Shown piece by piece: positions 20,824 through 31,639 of a stretch of 64,000 bases of DNA (positions are counted from its first letter, which is position 1; each line of letters starts with the position of its first letter). The position numbers were made by a program, and so were the translations under genes. Origin of the DNA: an uncultured delta proteobacterium (GTDB lineage Bacteria > Desulfobacterota > Desulfuromonadia > Geobacterales > Pseudopelobacteraceae); NCBI GenBank assembly GCA_963772835.1, contig CAVYYZ010000002.1, positions 64,001-128,000 of the forward strand, read 5' to 3'. The notes beneath the pieces were generated by a model. That model saw only the letters and a program-made list of their open reading frames with translations, was not told the origin of the DNA and searched no databases.

Positions 20824-23823
20824 ATGAGATTCAGTTCATATCGTGAATTATGGGAATTCGGCCGCCTGCACCTCACGCCATCGCTGCTGCGTATGGTGCT
20901 AGTCGTCATGGTCCTCTTCCGGCCCGGTTTCGCTCTGGCGAATGATCCCGTTGACCTGATCGGGCCTAACCGCACCTTCGTTCTGAGCGGGGAGGAAGCG
21001 CATTTCATCCAGTCGCTTGCGCCGCTGAGGGTGATGATCGATGATAATTTTGTCCCTCTGTCATACTATAACAGCAGGGATCACTCCTTTCAGGGGATCA
21101 GCGTTGATATCTTCCGCCATCTTGCTGAAAGGCTGGGATTAAAATATCAGTTTGTACATGATGCAAAACTGTCGTGGGCAGACAAGGTAGAGCTTTTCAA
21201 AAATCAGAAGGTCGATCTGCTGATGCCGGTAAGTTATACGCCGGAGCGTGCTGCCGCCGGCATTTTCACCACCGGTTTTTATGATACCTTTTATGGAGCT
21301 ATTGCAAAAAAAACTTCCGGCATAAAACTCAGAGATTCATACGATCTGGCCAACTACAGAGTCGGCGTAACAAAAGCCTCCGCCATCATATCGTTCCTCC
21401 AGCAATTTGTCCCCTCCTCCCGGATAGTACAGTATGACAATCAGGCAGACCTCTATCAAGGCGTCAGGAGCGGTCAGGTCGACATTGCCCTGCAGAACAA
21501 ACATGTCTTTAAAGAAGATCGTTTCAAACTCGGATTTGTTGATCTTGCGCTGTTTCATACTATTGTGGAATCACCACGCAGGTATTCCTATTATCTGAGC
21601 AAGAGCGAATCGTCTCAGATGCTTACGGTAATAATCAATCGCTACCTGGCCGGGATTGACTTCAGCAGACTGACCAATCATTACGAACAGGGCGAAGATG
21701 AACTGGTCCTGCTCTATACCGAGCAGAAACATCAAAAGAAACTGCTGGAGCTGGGGATCATCGGGGCACTGATGTTACTGGCGCTCCTTGGCGTTGCCTA
21801 CCTCAACCACCGCAGGTTTACCGCACGACTGGCGGCAAGCCTTGAGCAGGCGCAGCTCCAGCAGGAGAACCTGCAGAGAAGCGAGGCCAAACAGCGTGCA
21901 ATGATTGAAAATATTGTTGACGTTATAGCCATCATCGATCAGCGCGTAATCAACAGATACATGAGCCCCAATATTGAAAAGTGGTTCGGGTGGCATCCGG
22001 ATGATGTTATTGGAGAGGTCACCGGAAAAAACATTCATCCTGATGACAGACACGACACGCAGAAAGTCTTTGATACGTTGCTGGGCAGGGCAGACACAGT
22101 AATAACGGCGGAATGCCGTTACCTGTGCAAGGACGGCAGCTATAAGTGGATAGGATATACAGCAATAAATCTTCTGCACGATCCGGATGTCGCCGGTGTG
22201 TTACTCAGTTTTCACGACATCACCGAGCGCAGAAGAATGGAGTACGAACTGCGGCATAGCGAGGAGCAGAGTAGAAATAACGCACATCTGTTGCAAAGCG
22301 TCATAGAACATTTCCCAGGAGTTGTCTTTTGGAAAAACGCCGAATTGGTGTATCTGGGCTGCAACAGGGCCTTTTCCGGAGCCGCCGGGCTGACGTCACC
22401 CTCCGAGATTGTCGGTAAATCAGATCAAGACATGCCGTGGGCAGAGACGGAAGCCTCCATCTATTGTAGCTCCGATCAGCTTGTCATGCAAAGCGGAGAG
22501 GCGAAACTGCACATTATCGAGACTCAGCACCAGGCTGACGGCCGGGTGGCATGGTTTGACACCTGCAAGGTCCCGCTGCGCGACGACCAGGGGAACATCT
22601 GGGGTGTAATGGGAGCCTCCTTCGACATCTCAGACCTGAAACGGGCCGAAGAGGAACGTCTCCAGCTTGAGCAGCAGTTTCATCACGCCCAGAGACTGGA
22701 AAGCCTCGGCGTTCTGGCCGGCGGCATCGCCCACGACTTCAACAATATTCTGACGGTCATCCTGGGGCACTGCTTCCTGGCCGGTGAGAGAAAGGGCGTT
22801 AATCCGGATAACGGGCACATAGAATCCTTCAAACAGATTGAAACGGCAGCCCATCGGGCCGCCGACCTCTGCCGGCAGATGTTGACCTACGCCGGCAAGA
22901 GTCCGCTTGTCCAGACGCGGGTCAATCTTTTGCGGTTGGTCGATGAAATGGTCAAGATGCTGCAATTTGCCATCAGTAAAAATGTGGCATTCGAACTTGA
23001 TCTGGATCATGACGTTCCGGAAATCCAGGGAGACACAAGCCAGATCCAGCAGGTCGTAATGAACCTGATCATCAATGCCTCCGAGGCGATCGGCGACGCT
23101 AACGGCACAATCCGCGTTGTACTCTCAAAAATGACGATAGATATGGACCAGTTGGAAGCGGATACGTTTGAAAAAGCCATTCCGACCGGCAGATATGTCT
23201 ACCTTGAAGTGAGCGATAACGGCAGCGGCATGGATGTAGAGACACAAAGACGAATTTTCGAACCATTTTACACGACCAAATTCGCCGGTCGGGGGCTGGG
23301 TATGTCTGCCATACGCGGTATTGTTAAATCGCATGAAGGAGCCCTGCAGCTGTCCAGTTCGCCGGGTATCGGCACGTCCTTCAAGATCTGTTTTCCGGCA
23401 CCGGAGGTGCCTGTGGATAGTGTAGCCGCTTCAACCGGATCTGACCTGAATGAAAAGGCCGGCGGCAATGTATTGCTGGTGGATGATGAACAATCACTGC
23501 GTACTATGGGGGTGGTCCTTTTGGAAACGCTGGGCTTTTCAGCCATGACTGCACAGCATGGGCTGGAAGCACTTGACATATACCGCGAACGTGGCGACGA
23601 GATTGACGTGATCCTTCTGGATCTGGTCATGCCGGTGATGGGCGGCCTTGAAACCTACCGCAAATTGCGAATTATTGATTCGACCCTGCCGATTATAATC
23701 TGCAGCGGCTACAGTGCCGAATCGGTACTGGACGAAATCGGAAATGATCAGCATGCCGGTTTTATGCACAAGCCTTACAACCCGGATCAGTTGCGTGAAA
23801 AAATAATGCAGTTGATGGTATAG
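20824..23823 (+). CDS. Hybrid sensor histidine kinase (periplasmic solute-binding domain, TM, 2 PAS, HisKA/HATPase, REC)
   Basis: H-box AHDFNNIL, N-box NLIINA, DNGSGM, FYTTK, GLGM, and a receiver domain with LLVDDE...LLDLVMP. Confidence 0.88.
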   Translation: MRFSSYRELWEFGRLHLTPSLLRMVLVVMVLFRPGFALANDPVDLIGPNRTFVLSGEEAHFIQSLAPLRVMIDDNFVPLSYYNSRDHSFQGISVDIFRHLAERLGLKYQFVHDAKLSWADKVELFKNQKVDLLMPVSYTPERAAAGIFTTGFYDTFYGAIAKKTSGIKLRDSYDLANYRVGVTKASAIISFLQQFVPSSRIVQYDNQADLYQGVRSGQVDIALQNKHVFKEDRFKLGFVDLALFHTIVESPRRYSYYLSKSESSQMLTVIINRYLAGIDFSRLTNHYEQGEDELVLLYTEQKHQKKLLELGIIGALMLLALLGVAYLNHRRFTARLAASLEQAQLQQENLQRSEAKQRAMIENIVDVIAIIDQRVINRYMSPNIEKWFGWHPDDVIGEVTGKNIHPDDRHDTQKVFDTLLGRADTVITAECRYLCKDGSYKWIGYTAINLLHDPDVAGVLLSFHDITERRRMEYELRHSEEQSRNNAHLLQSVIEHFPGVVFWKNAELVYLGCNRAFSGAAGLTSPSEIVGKSDQDMPWAETEASIYCSSDQLVMQSGEAKLHIIETQHQADGRVAWFDTCKVPLRDDQGNIWGVMGASFDISDLKRAEEERLQLEQQFHHAQRLESLGVLAGGIAHDFNNILTVILGHCFLAGERKGVNPDNGHIESFKQIETAAHRAADLCRQMLTYAGKSPLVQTRVNLLRLVDEMVKMLQFAISKNVAFELDLDHDVPEIQGDTSQIQQVVMNLIINASEAIGDANGTIRVVLSKMTIDMDQLEADTFEKAIPTGRYVYLEVSDNGSGMDVETQRRIFEPFYTTKFAGRGLGMSAIRGIVKSHEGALQLSSSPGIGTSFKICFPAPEVPVDSVAASTGSDLNEKAGGNVLLVDDEQSLRTMGVVLLETLGFSAMTAQHGLEALDIYRERGDEIDVILLDLVMPVMGGLETYRKLRIIDSTLPIIICSGYSAESVLDEIGNDQHAGFMHKPYNPDQLREKIMQLMV

Positions 23824-23853
23824 TTCGATACGGAGTTTATACGGAGGTTGGAC

Positions 23854-24228
23854 ATGTTTTCAAAAATCATACGTGGTGCGGCAATTTTCTCTTTTATCGT
23901 AACCTTCGCTCTGCTTGAAGGTGAGGCAATGGCAGCGGGAGCACTGGCAATCGACAGCAACCAGGGAGACCAATACGGTTTTTCATATGGTCAACCGGGT
24001 AGAAGCCAGGCGGTACAAAGAGCATTGAATGAGTGTGGCGCCGGGTGCCGGATAGTTCTCGATTTCAACAGCGGGTGCGGGGCATTTGCTGCAGATCAAT
24101 CACGGGGGTCTTCTGCTCACGGGTGGGGAACAGCATCGTCAGGATCGGCAGCTCAAAATCGCGCCGTGGCGGAATGCCAGGCACGAGGCGGCACAAACTG
24201 CACGATTCGAGCCTGGGGATGCAATTAA
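23854..24228 (+). CDS. DUF4189-like Cys-rich exported protein
   Basis: Signal peptide, GALAID, ALNEC...C, CGAFA, AVAEC..GGTNC and WGCN. GGAGG RBS. Confidence 0.7.
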   Translation: MFSKIIRGAAIFSFIVTFALLEGEAMAAGALAIDSNQGDQYGFSYGQPGRSQAVQRALNECGAGCRIVLDFNSGCGAFAADQSRGSSAHGWGTASSGSAAQNRAVAECQARGGTNCTIRAWGCN

Positions 24229-24242
24229 CGGTATGTCGTGTA

Positions 24243-24683
24243 TCATGTCCGGCTGAAATAACCGGCATGATCAACGACAATGCCGCGAGCGCCTTTCTCC
24301 AGAGCTGACCTGAGATTGACAGGGATGGCAGTTTTTTGCATGGTCGCAGCATCAATGAGAACATTTACGGTGTCGGCTCTGGTGATGATCAACTCGTGAC
24401 CGGCAATGCGGAATTCGATTGCGATCGTGAATGATGACGTACCGAGATGCTGAACCGACACCGTCAGTTCAAGAACCTGGTCAAAGCGGGCGGGAGCTTT
24501 CCATTCAATCGTCTGTTTTACCAGATGATATTCAATAAATCCGGAGTCGGGACAACACGCACGAAGAAATTCCGTCGTAGCAATATCGACATAGTCGGCG
24601 TACCTGGCGTTGAAAACCACCTTCTGCGCATCACACTCGGAGTATCGGACACGCAGGTAATAGCGGAAATTGTCCATCATCAC
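24243..24683 (-). CDS. Acyl-CoA thioesterase (4HBT/YbgC hot-dog fold)
   Basis: VRYSECDAQKVVFNARY motif. Last gene of the bamB-I unit. Confidence 0.82.
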   Translation of the reverse strand: MMMDNFRYYLRVRYSECDAQKVVFNARYADYVDIATTEFLRACCPDSGFIEYHLVKQTIEWKAPARFDQVLELTVSVQHLGTSSFTIAIEFRIAGHELIITRADTVNVLIDAATMQKTAIPVNLRSALEKGARGIVVDHAGYFSRT

Positions 24684-24690
24684 CGGCGCC

Positions 24691-25305
24691 CTATCCTTCA
24701 GGCACGGGTTCGGAAGCGGGAGGTTGGGGCGTCAGCGCTTTTATCAATACGAAGGCCGCCTGCAGAGCCGACGTCGGGCAGAGCGGAAAACACTCCTTGC
24801 ACTCCCAACACTCCTTTGAGGCAATTTCAGGAATAAAGCAGATCTCTTTCCGCGGTCCCCTGTCGATAAACCCGACGGCGTTCTTCTTCTTGATCTCGGC
24901 GCAGTATCGAACGCAGAGACCACAATGGATGCAGAATGACGCGTCTTTTTCAAAGCGATCCCGGTCCGCACCGTACTCCTCGGCCAGTGCAAGCAGCTGT
25001 TCGGAATCCGGAGCATGGGCCATCATCATCTCCACCAGTGATTTGCGAATCCGCTCCAGCTTGCCGGTTCTGGTCCGTACCACCAGATCCTGTTCGACCG
25101 GGTACAGACAGGCGGCAACGACGCTTGTTCTGCCGCGCGCATCCACTTCCACCGAACAGATGCGGCAGCCGCCGTGCGGTTCCAGCTTTTCGTGGTGACA
25201 GAGTGTCGGGATCGCTATTCCCACGCTTTGGGCGGCTTCCAGAATTGTTGCACCCGATCGTGCGGTTACTTGTCTGCCATCTATTTGTAAGATCAGTTCG
25301 CTCAT
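24691..25305 (-). CDS. bamI: Class II benzoyl-CoA reductase subunit BamI (NuoG N-terminal-like Fe-S protein)
   Basis: IPTLC..GGCRIC..AAC [2Fe-2S], CIHCGLCVRYC and CWECKECFPLCP, plus synteny. Confidence 0.85.
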   Translation of the reverse strand: MSELILQIDGRQVTARSGATILEAAQSVGIAIPTLCHHEKLEPHGGCRICSVEVDARGRTSVVAACLYPVEQDLVVRTRTGKLERIRKSLVEMMMAHAPDSEQLLALAEEYGADRDRFEKDASFCIHCGLCVRYCAEIKKKNAVGFIDRGPRKEICFIPEIASKECWECKECFPLCPTSALQAAFVLIKALTPQPPASEPVPEG

Positions 25306-27230
25306 GGTTGTGTACTCTTTCTGACGACGGTTCGTGCTTCTTGAGGAATAGGATCAGGAACAGGCTCTCCGGAAATCTTACGCACCGCACCGAAACGGGC
25401 AGGACAGGCTTCAAGGCAGGATCCGCACTTCGTGCATTTGTCCTGAATAACAACGTGGATCAGATTCTTGCCCCCTTCAATCGCCTCTACCGGACATTTT
25501 CTGGCGCACGCCGTACAGGCCTGGCATTTATCCGGATCGATATAGTACGAGATCAGATCTTTACAGGAACAGGCGGGGCACTTTCCTTCGTTGATGTGCG
25601 CCTCATACTCGTCCCTGAAGTGGCGTATCGTGCTTAACACGGGATTGGGAGCCCCTTTGCCCAGTGCGCAGAGTGCGGACGCCCCGGCCACTTCGGATAA
25701 CTCCTCCAGAAGTTCGATATCGCCCTTTCTTCCCTTCCCCTTTGTTATTCTCGTCAGAATCTTGAGCATCTGCTTCACGCCTTCACGGCAGGGGACACAT
25801 TTGCCGCACGATTCATCGGCGAGGAAACCGAGGAAATAGCGGGCGAAATCAACCATGCAGGTTTCTTCATCCAGAACAATCATCCCGCCGGATCCCATCA
25901 TCGAGCCGGCTTTAGTCAACTGGTCAAAATCGACTTCCATGTCAAGAAGGCTCTCCGGCATGCATCCCCCCGCCGGTCCGCCGGTCTGCACCGCCTTGTA
26001 CTTCCTGCCTCCGGGAATGCCTCCGCCTATCTTGTAGACGATATCCCGCAGGGTTACACCCATCGGCACCTCTACGAGACCGGTGTTGTTCACCTTGCCT
26101 ACCAGAGAGAAGATCTTGGTGCCCTTGCTCCCCTCCGTACCGATCGAAGTGAAGGAGGCAGCACCTTTATTGATAACCAGAGGAATATTGGCCCAAGTCT
26201 CGACGTTGTTTATATTTGTCGGTTTGCCCCACAATCCCCTGACAGCCGGATAGGGCGGCCGTGATTTGGGCTCGCCCACTTTCCCCTCCAGGGACATGAT
26301 GAGGGCTGTTTCCTCGCCGCAGACAAATGCGCCGGCTCCCTTATGCACCTTGATGAAGAAATCGAATCCTGAACCGAGGATGTCTTTTCCCAGCAGGCCC
26401 TGTTCTTCTGCTGTCCTGATGGCGGCCGTTACGTTCTCTACCGCCAGTGGATATTCCTGCCGGACATAAATAAAACCCTCGTGAGCGCCGATGGCGTAGG
26501 CGCCGATCAGCAGACCCTCCAGCACGCAAAAGGGATTGCCTTCCATGAGGGAACGATCCATATACGCCCCCGGGTCACCCTCATCGCAGTTGACGATGAC
26601 ATATTTTGTGTCACCCTTCGCGTTACGGGCAGCCTCCCACTTTATCCCGGCCGGAAAACCGCCGCCGCCGCGCCCTCGCAAACTGGCTGCCTTGACCTCA
26701 TCGATAACCTGCTCCGGGCTCATCCCGGTGAGCACCTTTGTCAGGGCCTGGTAGCCGCCGACGGCGAGGTAGTCTTCGAGGCTTTTCGGGTCTATCCTGG
26801 TATTTGAGCCGAGAATCAGCCGCTGTTGATTCTTATAGAAGGGAATATCCTCTTCGTTGGTCGCCTTTTCACCCGTGGTCGGGTCAACATAGGTCAGACG
26901 CTCGACTATCGTGCCTTCCATCAGGGTCTTCGTGACAATCTCCGGAATGTCTTCCGGTCGTACCTTCAGGTAGCAGACACCCTCGGGGTAAATAACGATA
27001 ATGGGCCCCTGCTCGCAAAAACCGTGGCAGCCGGTTTTCCTGAAGTGCACTTTTTCCTTCAGGCCCTGTTTCTCCAGTTCCACTTCCAATGCAGCCGCAA
27101 CTTTTTTGCAGTGAGTAGCCTGGCATGCGGAGCCGGAACAGAGCGTTATGACCGGCTTGTCGGGGTCTCTTTTCGATACTATATCCTGCCGTAATGTTTC
27201 CAGTTCGGCAGTGGAGTTGATCCTGGGCAT
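25302..27230 (-). CDS. bamH: BamH (NuoF-like NADH/FMN-binding subunit)
   Basis: LRGRGGGGFP, NCDEGDPGA, GAGAFVCGEETAL, ESCGKCVPCREG and C-terminal 2x[4Fe-4S]. Confidence 0.88.
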   Translation of the reverse strand: MPRINSTAELETLRQDIVSKRDPDKPVITLCSGSACQATHCKKVAAALEVELEKQGLKEKVHFRKTGCHGFCEQGPIIVIYPEGVCYLKVRPEDIPEIVTKTLMEGTIVERLTYVDPTTGEKATNEEDIPFYKNQQRLILGSNTRIDPKSLEDYLAVGGYQALTKVLTGMSPEQVIDEVKAASLRGRGGGGFPAGIKWEAARNAKGDTKYVIVNCDEGDPGAYMDRSLMEGNPFCVLEGLLIGAYAIGAHEGFIYVRQEYPLAVENVTAAIRTAEEQGLLGKDILGSGFDFFIKVHKGAGAFVCGEETALIMSLEGKVGEPKSRPPYPAVRGLWGKPTNINNVETWANIPLVINKGAASFTSIGTEGSKGTKIFSLVGKVNNTGLVEVPMGVTLRDIVYKIGGGIPGGRKYKAVQTGGPAGGCMPESLLDMEVDFDQLTKAGSMMGSGGMIVLDEETCMVDFARYFLGFLADESCGKCVPCREGVKQMLKILTRITKGKGRKGDIELLEELSEVAGASALCALGKGAPNPVLSTIRHFRDEYEAHINEGKCPACSCKDLISYYIDPDKCQACTACARKCPVEAIEGGKNLIHVVIQDKCTKCGSCLEACPARFGAVRKISGEPVPDPIPQEARTVVRKSTQP

Positions 27231-27241
27231 ATTGTGTTTCC

Positions 27242-27694
27242 TTACTCGTAGTTTTTAAACGTTTCTGCTATCTGAGCCGAAGTAATATTGCCATGATACT
27301 CGCCGTCCACCACCATTACCGGTCCCAGGGCACAGCAGCCGATGCAGTTCACCGTTTCAAGGCTGTACTTTAAATCGACGTCAGTTTCGCCGGGACCTAT
27401 GCCGATCTGTTCCTGAACGGTGTCAAGCACACGCTGCGCACCCCGGACATGGCAGGCGGTACCCATACAGACGTGCACTTCATGGCGCCCCCGGGGGACG
27501 AGGCTGAACGATTTATAAAACGTGGTAATGTGCCGTATCTGACTCATCGGCACATTCAGTTTTTCACTGACCCGCTCCAGAGCCTCCTTGGGGAGCCAGT
27601 GATTCTCGCTCTGGATATCAAGCAGTATCTGAATGAGCGAACTGGCTTCACACTGGTGTTTATCAATAATCTGGTCGATCGTATCGGTAGTCAT
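27242..27694 (-). CDS. bamG: BamG (NuoE-like [2Fe-2S] subunit)
   Basis: VCMGTACHVRG and NCIGCCALGP, plus synteny. Confidence 0.87.
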   Translation of the reverse strand: MTTDTIDQIIDKHQCEASSLIQILLDIQSENHWLPKEALERVSEKLNVPMSQIRHITTFYKSFSLVPRGRHEVHVCMGTACHVRGAQRVLDTVQEQIGIGPGETDVDLKYSLETVNCIGCCALGPVMVVDGEYHGNITSAQIAETFKNYE

Positions 27695-27743
27695 AGTCCC
27701 TCTTCAACCCGGTTAGTACGTAGTTTGCTCCTGATCGTCCTGA

Positions 27744-28511
27744 TCAGGCAACAGCATAGCGCTTCTGGTCCTCATCGTATCTGACCAGCCCCTGTCGTGC
27801 CGAACTGTTCAGATACCGTGAAACTTCGGACGGCTGTATCTGTAACGAGTCAGAAATTTCCCTGGTGGAAAGCGGTTTTTTTGCAAGGAGTGTCGTAATC
27901 TGGCTTATTGCCAGTTTTTCGCCCACAAGCTCACGAATCAGGAGTGCCACTTCTTCGCTGCCGAAATAGGTGTCGTACTCCGCTTCCGTTTTAAAACGGA
28001 CCCGCAACCGCTCCCGCTCAACCAGCTTGAGATAGGGAAGTATTTTTTTCACCGCCTGAAACTTGAGCTTCAGAACATCCCGGTCTAATCCTTCACCATC
28101 GCCGATCGGGCCAAAACCCTTCAATTGTCTGCCAAAATCATTCATGACTTCGGCGTACCGCATTCCTTCAGAGCCGGCAATCCATTCGAGCCGCAACCGT
28201 CCGGGATTAACACCAATCAGTTCAAGCACTTTTCTGGTCAGATGCATCATACTCAGGGCATCGTAATTACCTTCGGTGACATAATGGCATTCACCGAGCC
28301 AGCAGCCGCCGATAAATACACCGTCTGCGCCGCCTGCAAGCGCCCGGAGTACAAATGCCATATCGACCCTGCCGGAACACATGACACGGATAATCTTTGT
28401 TTCAGTTGTATATTGCAGTCTGGAAACTCCAGCCAGGTCCGCCGCGGCGTATGCTCACCACGTGCAGAGGAATCCGACTACTCTTGGATGATACTCACGT
28501 TCTGCACTCAT
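27744..28511 (-). CDS. bamF: BamF (MvhD-like selenoprotein; UGA codon 19 read as Sec)
   Basis: ATG at 28511 after GGAG translates MSAEREYHPRVVGFLCTW-TGA-AYAAADLAGVSRLQY, in frame with the tracked ORF starting MCSGRVD. The TGA (28457-28455) occupies the second Cys of the MvhD CxWC motif. 255 aa in total. Confidence 0.9.
28413..28454 (-). other. Putative bacterial SECIS hairpin in bamF
   Basis: CTGGA-GTT-TCCAG stem-loop (28432-28420) whose G-containing loop starts 28 nt after the UGA. Possible lower stem GCGG/CTGC. Confidence 0.6.
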
Positions 28512-28564
28512 TGCATGATCTCCTTCCCAGGCCCGCAATCCCGGCCTGATTCTTCTCATAAATT

Positions 28565-31500
28565 TTATCTGAAATCATCCGGAACCGATGCATCAATCTG
28601 CGATAAAATTTCATCATCTGTGTAGTGTTTCAGTTTGATCGCAGCGGTCGGACATTTGGCGTTACAGAGACCGTCACCCTTGCAGAGAATCGCATTCACA
28701 ATGGCCTTTTTACCCTTCGGGGTATCGTGGAACTCTATGGCACCGTAGGTACAGGCGGTGATGCAGGCTCCGCACGAGATACAGTCGTTGTTCATCCACT
28801 TCGCACACCGCGCCGGAGGCGGTGACGGTGTCACCGGTGAGAAGATTGATGGTTCGACCGGCAGCTCCGTAGGCCTGGCTGATGGTTTCCGACAGGTGCT
28901 TCGGATAGTGGGCAAGCCCGCACAGGAAAACGCCGTCGGCAGCAAAATCAACCGGCCTGAGTTTCACGTGGGCTTCCTGGAAGAAACCATCCGGGTTCAT
29001 GGCTACCTTGAACAGCTTGGCCATCTGCTGGGTTGATGCCGAAGGAATAATTGCCGCCGCCAGAACGAGCAGATCGGCATCGATTGCGAGCAGCTGACCC
29101 AGAATCGGATCCTTGACCGTTACCCTGATAATCGGCTGACCACCCTCCATCGCCTGTTCAGCAATCGGCTTATCAGCCGGTTCATAGCGGATGAACTTGA
29201 CATCTTTTTCAGAGGCCTCCCGATAGTAATCCTCTTTAAATCCATAGGTCCGCATATCCCGGAACAGGACATAGATATCCATCCCGGGGTTGGTCTCTTT
29301 CAGTTTCAGGGCGTTCTTGATGGACTGGCTGCAGCAGACCCGGCTGCAGTAGTTCCTGTCGGTCTGTCGGCAGCCGACACACTGGATCATTACCAGGCTC
29401 TGTGCGTTCAGTACCTGCCCGTCCTTTTTAGCGATACGGTCTTCCAGTTCGAGCGATGTCATCACCCGGTCATCCTGCCCGTACAGGTATTCGGTCGGTT
29501 TGTACTCATCTGCACCGGTGGCGATGATTGCAGCACCATGGAGTATCTCTCTGGGTCTGCCTTCGGAAATGACTTTAGTTACGAAATTCCCCACATACCC
29601 GGAAACGTCGGTGATGGCGGCGTCAAGATAGACGTGAATACCGGGGTGACGATACACGTTGCGGACAAGATCATCAAGAAACGGCTGAACATCAACTCCA
29701 TCAAGGGTGTAATGGATCCGCCGCGCCATACCTCCAAGGTCGCCCGATTTCTCCAGCAGGTACACTTCAAAGCCGACGTTGGCCATGTTCAGGGCGCTGG
29801 TCATGCCTGCGACACCGCCGCCAATCACCAGAGCAACCTTGGTAACCGGCAGCTGGAATTCCTGCAGCGGTTCCAGATGGCCGGCCCGCGCCACTGACAT
29901 CCGGACGATGTCCTTGGCCTTCTGGGTGGCGCCTTCTTTGTCCTTGGAGTGGAACCAGGAGCAATGTTCCCGGATATTCGCGAATTCAAAAAAGTACTGG
30001 TTGAGACCGGCCTCGCGGCAGGTATCCCGGAACAGCGGCTCGTGAGTCCGGGGAGTGCATGCCGCCAGAACCACGCGGTTGAGATTGTGTTCCACGATGG
30101 CATCCGCTATCAACTGGGCGTTCTCAGTGGAACAGGCGAACAGGTTCTCCTGGGAGTACACGACGTTAGGCAGATTGCCGGCATACTCGGCGACGGAAGG
30201 AGTATCAACCACCCGGCCGATGTTGGCTCCGCACAGGCAGGTGACGACCCCGATCCTGAGTTCTTCTCCGGAAACGTCCTTTTCGGGCGGGTAGACCCTT
30301 TCTCTGGATAAATCACCGCGGCGATAGGCCAGCAGATGGCTGCAGAGGGCATCGGCGCCGCTGGCGGTGACAACCGATTCCGGGATATCGACGGGACCCG
30401 CGAACGCGCCGCTGATAAAGATGCCCGGACGGGTGGTTTCGATCGGGTTCAGGGGGTTGGTTTTGCAGAAGCCGTGTTTGGTGAGTTCAATTCCAAAGGT
30501 GGTCGCCAGACCCTGGACATCGGCGGGCGGATTCAGGCCGACCGACAGAACCACCATGTCGAATTCCTCTTCCTTGACTCCGTCGTCAACCGTTGAGTAC
30601 CGGATGGTGACGTTTTTGCTGTCGGGACGTTCTGTGCCGATGGAGACATAGCTTCTGATGAATCTGACGTCCGGGAGGTTTTCCGCCCTTTGATAGAAAC
30701 GTTCGAAATCCTTGCCGAATGCCCTGATGTCGTTATGGAAGATCGTGGCTTCTATCCCGGCGTCGTGATCTTTGGTGAGGATGACCTGCTTCTGGGTGTA
30801 GGAGCAGCAGACGGCCGAACAGTAGCTGTTGCCGCCCGGGATAACCTGTCGGGAGCCGACGCACTGGATCCAGGCGATCTTCTCCGGATGCTTCTTGTCG
30901 GATGGACGACGTATCGTCCCTTCGTACGGCCCGGTAGAGCAGAGTATCCTTTCATAATCGAGGCTGGTTACGACGTTTTCCATTATGCCGTACCCGAAAT
31001 CGTTTCTCAGTGCGGGGTCGAATGTTTCAAACCCCGGGGAGAGAACTATGGCACCCACTTCCACTTCAATGAGCTCTTCTTCCTGATGGAGGTCTATGGC
31101 TCCCGGCTTGCAGACACCTGCGCAGATACTGCACGACCCGTCTTTGAGATAGAGGCATGTTTCAGGGTCTACATACGGTATCAGCGGCAGCGCCTGGGAA
31201 AAATAGATATGGATGGCTTTATTGGTGGACAGATTCTGATTATACGGGTCGGAAATCTTGACCGGACAGTATTCCACACAGATATTACAGCCGGTGCATT
31301 TTTCCTCAATAACGTATCTCGGCCTTTTTTTCAGGGTGACTTTGAAATTGCCCGGTTTTCCCTTCACGGTATCAACTTCAGTATAGGTCAGAATGCTGAT
31401 ATTGGGATGCCTGCTGCATTCATTGAACTTGGGTGATTCGATGCACATTGAGCAGTCATTTGAGGGAAAGGTCTTGTCCAGCTGCGACATCTTGCCGCCA

Positions 31501-31622
31501 ATGGCCGGTGACTTGTCAATCAGGTAGACCTTGAATCCCGAGTTGGCAAGATCGAGAGAGGCCTGAATGCCGCTGATCCCGCCACCGACAACTAACACAT
31601 CTATAAGGTTTTTTTCAGTCAT
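28565..31622 (-). CDS. bamE: BamE (HdrA-like electron-bifurcating flavoprotein), interrupted by an apparent +1 frameshift near 28790
   Basis: GGGISG, LDKTFP..DC..C, two CVGSR/CVGCR...CS.VCC modules and NIREHCSW. The C-terminal ferredoxin domain (CISCGACITAC, CKGDGLCNAKCP) lies in another frame. Confidence 0.85.
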
Positions 31623-31639
31623 ATCGTTTCCCTGTACGG

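Noticed and set aside
24691..27694. Respiratory complex I or hydrogenase
   Set aside because: No membrane Nuo subunits and no hydrogenase catalytic subunit. Context identifies these genes as bamGHI.
28565..28951. Stand-alone 128-aa ferredoxin
   Set aside because: Its N-terminal part is out-of-frame bamE sequence. The Fe-S motifs belong to the frameshifted BamE C-terminus.
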